Of a DNA stretch of 13,552 bases, positions 8,459 to 13,552 are shown in pieces. This DNA comes from Planctomycetota bacterium (GTDB taxonomy: Bacteria; Planctomycetota; PLA2; JAEUHO01), in contig JBFWRP010000049.1 in NCBI GenBank assembly GCA_050248855.1, positions 1-13,552 of the forward strand. Direction: 5' to 3'. Made by a program: the position numbers and the translations under genes. The notes under the pieces were generated by a model. The model saw only the letters and a list, made by a program, of their open reading frames with translations, was not told where the DNA came from and ran no database searches. Positions within the stretch are counted from its first letter, which is position 1. Every line of letters begins with the position of its first letter.

Positions 8459-9196
8459 TCAGGGCCCGAGCACCCACTGGATCTCCGTGCGCGCTGCGCC
8501 GAGCTGGACCACGAGCGGACCGGCCCCGAGCGCCTGGGTCTCGACCCGCAGCGTGGCCCGGCCAGCGGCCGGATCGATGCGGGACCACGTGGCACGCGCT
8601 TGGATCGTGCCGAGGCGAAGCTGCCCACACGCCAGCAGCACGTCCTCGGGATCCCAGAGCACGTCGAGCTCGACCCGGACTCGCTCGCCCGGCGCCACGG
8701 TCCCCGCGTGAAGGTGGGCAGGAACGAGCACGGGACCCGGTGGCCCGCGGCGTTCGACGGCGAGCGTCGCCAAGAGCCCGCCCGCGGGCGCCTCCCCGCC
8801 CGCGGAGGCCGCGAAGTGGAACCGTACGCGGACCCGGTCGCGGCCCGGCCGACGCCGGGGACGCACCTGCAGGGTGAGACTGCCGTGGTCGCCCGGCCGC
8901 ACGTGCGGGGGCAGCCCGTCCACGGCCACGCACCCGCAGTCCGCCCGCCAGCCAAGGCAGCGCAGCACGCCGGTCCCCGCATGGCGCCACGGCACGGTGC
9001 GCACGGCCACTGCGACCTCCCCGCCGGCGGCGGCGACGGGGGCGACGGGGCCCAGCTCGAGGCCCCTCTCGAGGCCGGGCCCGCCGGGCCGGGAGGGGAC
9101 CCCGCAACCCGCAAGCCCAGCCATCAGGGCCCAGACGGCCGGCGAGGCCCGGCGCAGGAGGGAGCGAGACAGGGCGTGAGCGTCCACGCGAGGCAC
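8459..9196 (-). CDS. Putative lipoprotein with a DUF1573-like Ig-type domain, about 245 aa
   Basis: Lipobox LAGC after a hydrophobic stretch; 'GTGVLR...ADCGC...VRPGDHGSLTLQV' resembles the DUF1573 xCGC pattern. GGAGG lies 7 nt before GTG 9196. Its stop is 2 nt from the convergent kbl stop. Start uncertain. Confidence 0.6.
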   Translation of the reverse strand: MPRVDAHALSRSLLRRASPAVWALMAGLAGCGVPSRPGGPGLERGLELGPVAPVAAAGGEVAVAVRTVPWRHAGTGVLRCLGWRADCGCVAVDGLPPHVRPGDHGSLTLQVRPRRRPGRDRVRVRFHFAASAGGEAPAGGLLATLAVERRGPPGPVLVPAHLHAGTVAPGERVRVELDVLWDPEDVLLACGQLRLGTIQARATWSRIDPAAGRATLRVETQALGAGPLVVQLGAARTEIQWVLGP

Positions 9197-9281
9197 CACG
9201 CCGCCTCCAGGCGAGGCGTCACGGGGCTTGTCTGCGAGAAACCGCTCCACTGTCTCGCGGGCAAGGTCGATAGGCCGTGCG

Positions 9282-9836
9282 ATGGATCTCACCACCCACC
9301 GTCCGACGCTCGATCAGATCGAAGCCATGGCCCGCGCCCAGCGCGAGGCCCGCGAGCAGGCGCAGGCCCGAGCCCAGGAGGCCCAGCGCACGCGCCAACG
9401 GGCCGAAGACGAGGTGCGCCGCGCCCTGCTCGTGGAGTACCACCTCTACCGCGCCGCGGCGCTCGCCCAGCGCCAGGCCAAGCCCGACCGCTTCGAGGAG
9501 GCCTACCTGCAGTGGCAGACCGGCGCCCGCACCGACGCCGCGGACATCGACGCGCTGATGTTCGATACCGAGAAGGTGCTGCAGCTGGTGCGCTTCCTGC
9601 ACCGACAGGACCTGTTGCCTCGCGAGGGCTTCGACGCGGCCTCGCTACGCCTCGAGTTCCCCAACTGGGTCGATGACCTCGCGCTGGTCCCCACGGACGG
9701 GAGCATCCGCGCGGCGCTCAAGTCGTTGGCCGTACGGCGCACGGGCATCGTCGAGGACGGCGACGTGTTCCGCTACGACGCCGAGCAGGACTCCGAGCCC
9801 AAGTTCCGCCGCAAGACCCGCGCCGAAGAGGTGTAG
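9282..9836 (+). CDS. Hypothetical protein with N-terminal coiled coil, 184 aa
   Basis: Strong GC3 codon bias and protein-like composition; Q/R/E/A-rich helix at the N-terminus; no family recognised. Confidence 0.75.
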   Translation: MDLTTHRPTLDQIEAMARAQREAREQAQARAQEAQRTRQRAEDEVRRALLVEYHLYRAAALAQRQAKPDRFEEAYLQWQTGARTDAADIDALMFDTEKVLQLVRFLHRQDLLPREGFDAASLRLEFPNWVDDLALVPTDGSIRAALKSLAVRRTGIVEDGDVFRYDAEQDSEPKFRRKTRAEEV

Positions 9837-9856
9837 CGCCTCCGTTCTCCCCCGGT

Positions 9857-9950
9857 ACGGAGTCGGGTGAGATTCCACCCTCGGGCCCTTGCACGCTCCC
9901 GCATGGGAGAGGTCGTCGCGGCCCGAGGGTGGAATCTCACCCGACTCCGT
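9857..9950. repeat. Perfect 31-bp inverted repeat with 32-nt loop between convergent genes (MITE-like hairpin, possibly also a bidirectional terminator)
   Basis: 9857-9887 ACGGAGTCGGGTGAGATTCCACCCTCGGGCC is the exact reverse complement of 9920-9950. The loop holds a small CTCCC-GCAT-GGGAG stem; no U-tract. Confidence 0.9.
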
Positions 9951-9956
9951 CTACCG

Positions 9957-11234
9957 CTACGAGAAGAACAGATGCGGGACGCTTGCGAGCTTGCCGTGGC
10001 GGTGGGCCTCGCGGAACAGCATGGAGAGGGCTTGGCGGCCCCGCTCGCCCGCGTCCAGCGTGAGGTCGTTGACGTAGCGACCCACGAGCGAGTCCACCGT
10101 CGCGCGCTCGTGCTTGCCGGCGTGGGCCACGGCGAAGTCGAGCGCGTCCTCGCGGTGGCCCAGCGCGTAAGCGATCGAGCGCTTGAGGTCCAGGGCGATC
10201 TTGGCGCGCAGGTCATCGGGGATGTCGCGCCGCACGCCCATGAGCGTGTTGGGCATGGGCAGCCCCTCGGTGCGCTCGCCCCACCAATGTCCCAGATCGA
10301 CGACGCGCACCAGGTTGTGCTGCACGTAGGCGACCTGGTCCTCGTTGACGAGCACGCCGGCGCGTACGCGATCGGCGCGCACCATGAGCGAGATGTGCGG
10401 CACGGGCATGGGCACGAGGTCGAGGTCGTGACGCGGGAGCCACAGCTCGAGCGCCAACGCCGCGGGATGGTCCAAGGCCGGCACGGCCACGCGCAGGCCC
10501 CGCACCTCCCCGGCACGGATGGGCGAACGCGCCGCGAGCACGGCGCCGCGGCTGTCGCCGTAGGTCCCACCGCATGGCAAGAGCAGGTAGCGGGCCTGCA
10601 CGGCTCCGTAGTGACCGGCCGAGAACGTGACGACGTCCGGCTTGCCCGACTCGGCCGCGGCCTCGGCCTCGTGCAGCTCGACGCGCTCGACGTGGTACTG
10701 GCGGTCTTCCGTGTCGACCTTGCCCGCGGTCAAGGCGTAGACGAGGAACGCCTGGTCGCCCGAAGCCGCGAACGTGAGCGAGATGCGCCCGTCGCTCCGA
10801 CGCGCAGGCATCTTGGGAATCGGAGGGAGCTCGGGCGCGGCTTCGACCTCCTCTTCGGCGTCCTCCGCGGCAGCGCCCTTCGGGTCGTCCTCGTCGTCGT
10901 CCGGGGCGACCTTGCGCGCCGGGGGCGTCGGCTTGGCCGGTGCCGCGGACGGGGCCGCGCGCACCGTGGCGGACCCGGCGGCCCCGGCGGCCTCTGCGGC
11001 GGCCTCCACGGCAGGGGCCTCGGCGGCTGCCACAGCCGTGTCCTTCGTGGCGGCCGTCTTCTTCGAAGTCTTCTTGGAAGCCGTCTTCTTCTTGGCCGCC
11101 TTCGTGGCCGGAGCCTTCGCGGCGGTCTTGCGCGCCGCCGTCTTCTTCGAGGCCGTCTTCTTCTTCGCGGCCTTCTTGGCGGGCGCCTTCTTGGCCGCGG
11201 CCTTCTTCTTCGCGGTCTTCTTCTTCGCGGCCAT
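9957..11234 (-). CDS. Histone-H1-like Lys/Ala-rich N-terminus fused to an MqnD-like (MqnA/MqnD/SBP family) domain, 425 aa
   Basis: ATG 11234 with GGGAGG RBS. MAAKKKTAKKKAAAKK repeats, an Ala/Pro linker and an acidic patch precede an MqnD-like domain (about 10784-9957: AFLVYAL..GKVDT, YLLLPCG..YGD..G, DLGHWW..RT.GLPMP, RSIAYAL...EDALDFA, YVNDLTLD.GE.GRQA). Confidence 0.85.
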   Translation of the reverse strand: MAAKKKTAKKKAAAKKAPAKKAAKKKTASKKTAARKTAAKAPATKAAKKKTASKKTSKKTAATKDTAVAAAEAPAVEAAAEAAGAAGSATVRAAPSAAPAKPTPPARKVAPDDDEDDPKGAAAEDAEEEVEAAPELPPIPKMPARRSDGRISLTFAASGDQAFLVYALTAGKVDTEDRQYHVERVELHEAEAAAESGKPDVVTFSAGHYGAVQARYLLLPCGGTYGDSRGAVLAARSPIRAGEVRGLRVAVPALDHPAALALELWLPRHDLDLVPMPVPHISLMVRADRVRAGVLVNEDQVAYVQHNLVRVVDLGHWWGERTEGLPMPNTLMGVRRDIPDDLRAKIALDLKRSIAYALGHREDALDFAVAHAGKHERATVDSLVGRYVNDLTLDAGERGRQALSMLFREAHRHGKLASVPHLFFS

Positions 11235-11463
11235 CGCGCCCTCCCGCGAGACCGGCACGGCTTGGCGCGAGGGCCCTGCGACGGGCGCGCAACGCGACGG
11301 CGCGAGCGGCGAGGTCTCGCTCGGGAGGGTACCTACGCTCGCGGGGGCCGCCACCTTCCCCGGCGGCACCGCGCCACGAGCCCGGCGTCGCGGAGGCGCC
11401 GGGCTACCCTCACGCCCCCTTCCCGCCGCGCAAGCCGCGGCACGGGTCGGGCGAGGAGACCCC

Positions 11464-12651
11464 ATGCGCGACACGGCGATCTGGCTGGCCGGCTCGGCAC
11501 GCACCCCGATCGGTCGCTTCGGCGGGACGCTGGCGGCCCTCTCGGCGCCGGATCTCGGCGAGCACGCGGCCCGCGCGGCGCTCGTGCGCGCCGGCTTGGA
11601 CGCCTCGGCCGTGGACCAGTCGATCTTCGGCCACGGGCGCCAAGCCGGACAGGGCCCCAGCACGGGCCGCCAAGTGGCCGTTCGGGCCGGCGTCCCGGTC
11701 GAGAGCCCCGCCTACACGGTGAACATGGCCTGCGGCAGCGGGCTCAAGAGCGTGCTGCTGGGCGCGGACGCCATCCGCCTCGGGCAGGCCGACATCGTGC
11801 TGGCGGGCGGCATGGAGAGCATGTCGAACACGCCGTACTTCCTGCCGCGCGCGCGCTGGGGCTACCGCCTGGGCCACGACCAGATCGTGGACGGGATGTA
11901 CCAGGACGGCTTCCAGTGCAAGCTCGCCGACCAGCTGATGGGCGAGACCGCCGAGAACCTCGTGGACCGCTACGGCATCCCGCGCGAGGAGCAGGACCGC
12001 TATGCCCTCGCAAGCCAGCAGCGAGCCCAGGCCGCCCGCGAGCGGGGTCGCTTCGACGCCGAGAAGGTCGCGATTCCCGTGACCGACCGCAAGAAGGGCA
12101 CGTTCGACTTCACCGAGGACGAGCACGCCCGCGACGACGTCACGCTGGAGCAAGTGGCCAAGCTGCCGCCGGTGTTCCGCAAGAACGGCACCGTCCACGC
12201 CGGCAACAGCAGCGGCATCACGGACGGCGCTGCGGCGATCGTGGTGCTGGGCGACGACGCGCTGGAGCGACACGGCGTCACGCCCGAGGCGCGGCTCGTG
12301 GCCTACGCCGAAGCCGGCGTCGAGCCGCGGGAGATGGGCCTCGGTCCCGTGCCCGCGGTCCGCAAGCTGCTCGAGCAGACGGGGCTGTCGATCGGCGACA
12401 TCGACCTGTGGGAGCTGAACGAGGCCTTCGCCGCGCAGGTCCTGGCCTGCAACCGCGAGCTGGGCATCGAGCTGGACCGCCTCAACGTGGATGGCGGAAG
12501 CATCGCGCTCGGCCACCCGATCGGCGCCACTGGCTGCCGCATCCTCGTCACGCTGCTGCACAGCATGAAGGAGCGCGGCGCCAAGCGCGGCATCGCAACC
12601 CTCTGCATCTCCGGCGGCCTGGGCCTCGCGGCCTTGGTGGAGCGGGCGTAG
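11464..12651 (+). CDS. Acetyl-CoA C-acetyltransferase (thiolase), 395 aa
   Basis: RTPIGRFGG, NMACGSG (catalytic Cys), GGMESMS, NEAFAAQ, GHPIGATG and TLCISGG. GAGGAG RBS before ATG 11464. Confidence 0.95.
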   Translation: MRDTAIWLAGSARTPIGRFGGTLAALSAPDLGEHAARAALVRAGLDASAVDQSIFGHGRQAGQGPSTGRQVAVRAGVPVESPAYTVNMACGSGLKSVLLGADAIRLGQADIVLAGGMESMSNTPYFLPRARWGYRLGHDQIVDGMYQDGFQCKLADQLMGETAENLVDRYGIPREEQDRYALASQQRAQAARERGRFDAEKVAIPVTDRKKGTFDFTEDEHARDDVTLEQVAKLPPVFRKNGTVHAGNSSGITDGAAAIVVLGDDALERHGVTPEARLVAYAEAGVEPREMGLGPVPAVRKLLEQTGLSIGDIDLWELNEAFAAQVLACNRELGIELDRLNVDGGSIALGHPIGATGCRILVTLLHSMKERGAKRGIATLCISGGLGLAALVERA

Positions 12652-12864
12652 CGACCCCGGATGTGTCAGGTCCCTTGCCGCGGCGCCGCACCGCGGCAAC
12701 GTGGGCAAGGTGCCTGACACGCAGGGGACGCAGCTCGATCGCCGGCGAGCGTCGCGAACCCGGATGTGTCAGGACCCTTGCCGCGGCGCCGCGCAGCGGC
12801 AACGTGGGCAAGGTGCCTGACACGTAGGGGGCGCGGTTCGACGGCCGGCGCACTTGGGTGTCAG

Positions 12865-13070
12865 TTCTTCATGCCGACGGCAAAGCCCGTACGGAGGCGG
12901 GGAATTCTTCCGCAACTTGCCGATGGGCACTTCCGCATGCCGAAGCGCAGGGCGGCAAGTTGCGGAAGAAATCCCCGCCTCCGTACCGCGTCTCGATGCG
13001 CGCGGCACCCCCTCCCATGGAAGCGTGGCTGTCCTGTCCGAGCCCGGAGTTCAGGCACCTTCCATTGCAG
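12865..13070 (+). mobile_element. Module C copy 2, carrying a nested hairpin insertion
   Basis: Context GGGTGTCAG[...CATTGCAG]AGCGAACCC; the empty equivalent GGGTATCAG|AGCGAACCC is on the minus strand around 346-363. Confidence 0.7.
12889..12986. mobile_element. Module E: 98-bp MITE-like hairpin, 34-bp arms (33/34), GTAC at both ends
   Basis: 12889-12922 and 12953-12986 are inverted repeats with one mismatch. The other module C copy has a single GTAC (152-155) at this position. Confidence 0.75.
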
Positions 13071-13211
13071 AGCGAACCCGGATGTGTCAGGACCCTTGCC
13101 GCGGCGCCGCGCAGCGGCAACGTGGGCAAGGTGCCTGACACGTAGGGGTCGCGGTTCGCACGCCGGCGAACGTCGCGAACCCGGATGTGTCAGGACCCTT
13201 GCCGCGGCGCC

Positions 13212-13301
13212 GCACCGTGAGGGGTGCAGGGGTGGTAGGGACTAGCACCCATGCCGCGAGGGCGGAGCCTGAGCGCACACTCCGCGCGGGAGCGCGGAAC
13301 G
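13212..13301 (+). repeat. Module D copy interrupting a hairpin unit A
   Basis: Ungapped similarity to 3063-3152; lies between the left half (13187-13217) and right half (13371-13395) of unit A. Confidence 0.8.
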
Positions 13302-13552
13302 GAAGCGAGAGCGTCGTCCCTCTACGGGCAACGCAAGGCACATTTGAGACTCGCCCCGTTGACCGAGGGAGCAACGTGGGCAAGGTGCCTGACACGTAGG
13401 GGGCGCGGTTCGCACGCCGGCGAACGTCGCACTTCGGTGTCTGACACCGTGCCACCGTCGCTTCGCTCCGAGGCACAGGTTCAGACACCTCCGCGCGCCT
13501 CGCATCTCAGGCTCTGGCCCCAAGCGGAGCGCAGGGTTCGTCGTTCCGCGCT

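Larger units (their letters stand above)
12651..13552. repeat. Right composite palindromic repeat cluster
   Basis: Unit A, in reverse orientation relative to the left cluster, at 12663-12720, 12766-12823, 13084-13141 and as a split copy 13187-13217/13371-13395. Also module C 12865-13070, module D 13212-13301 and module B 13441-13552. Confidence 0.92.

Noticed and set aside
10774..11663. N-terminal extensions of thiolase (from 10774), the MqnD-like gene (from 11663) and kbl (from 6981)
   Set aside because: They would overlap divergent genes; downstream ATGs with clear RBSs match the family N-termini.
9867..12827. Long alternative ORFs (986, 783, 697, 563, 546, 538 aa and others)
   Set aside because: Antisense or off-frame shadows of real genes, expected in high-GC DNA; Arg/Pro/Gly-rich and without family motifs.
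12663..13395. CRISPR array
   Set aside because: Repeats are 58 bp or longer, the intervening segments are homologous to one another rather than unique spacers, spacing is irregular, and there are no cas genes.

Overview
GC-rich bacterial window, probably a whole contig; the secreted HEAT/vWA and DUF1573-type proteins suggest a Planctomycetota/PVC-like source (inference). It holds 11 supported CDS: an NfeD-flotillin pair, a divergent N-acyl-ornithine carbamoyltransferase, a small ferredoxin, two secreted HEAT-repeat proteins, kbl, a DUF1573-like lipoprotein, a hypothetical protein, a histone-H1-like/MqnD-like fusion and a thiolase. Both ends (1-465, 12651-13552) are mosaics of a few short palindromic modules. 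Filled and empty versions of the same insertion sites are both visible, indicating nested small elements; no transposase is encoded in the window. Related modules also lie internally (3063-3152, 9857-9950). The main points of interest are this nested repeat system, the H1-like tail fused to an MqnD-like domain with altered active-site motifs, and the carbamoyltransferase with altered substrate-binding motifs. All homology calls come from motif recognition by eye, not database searches.
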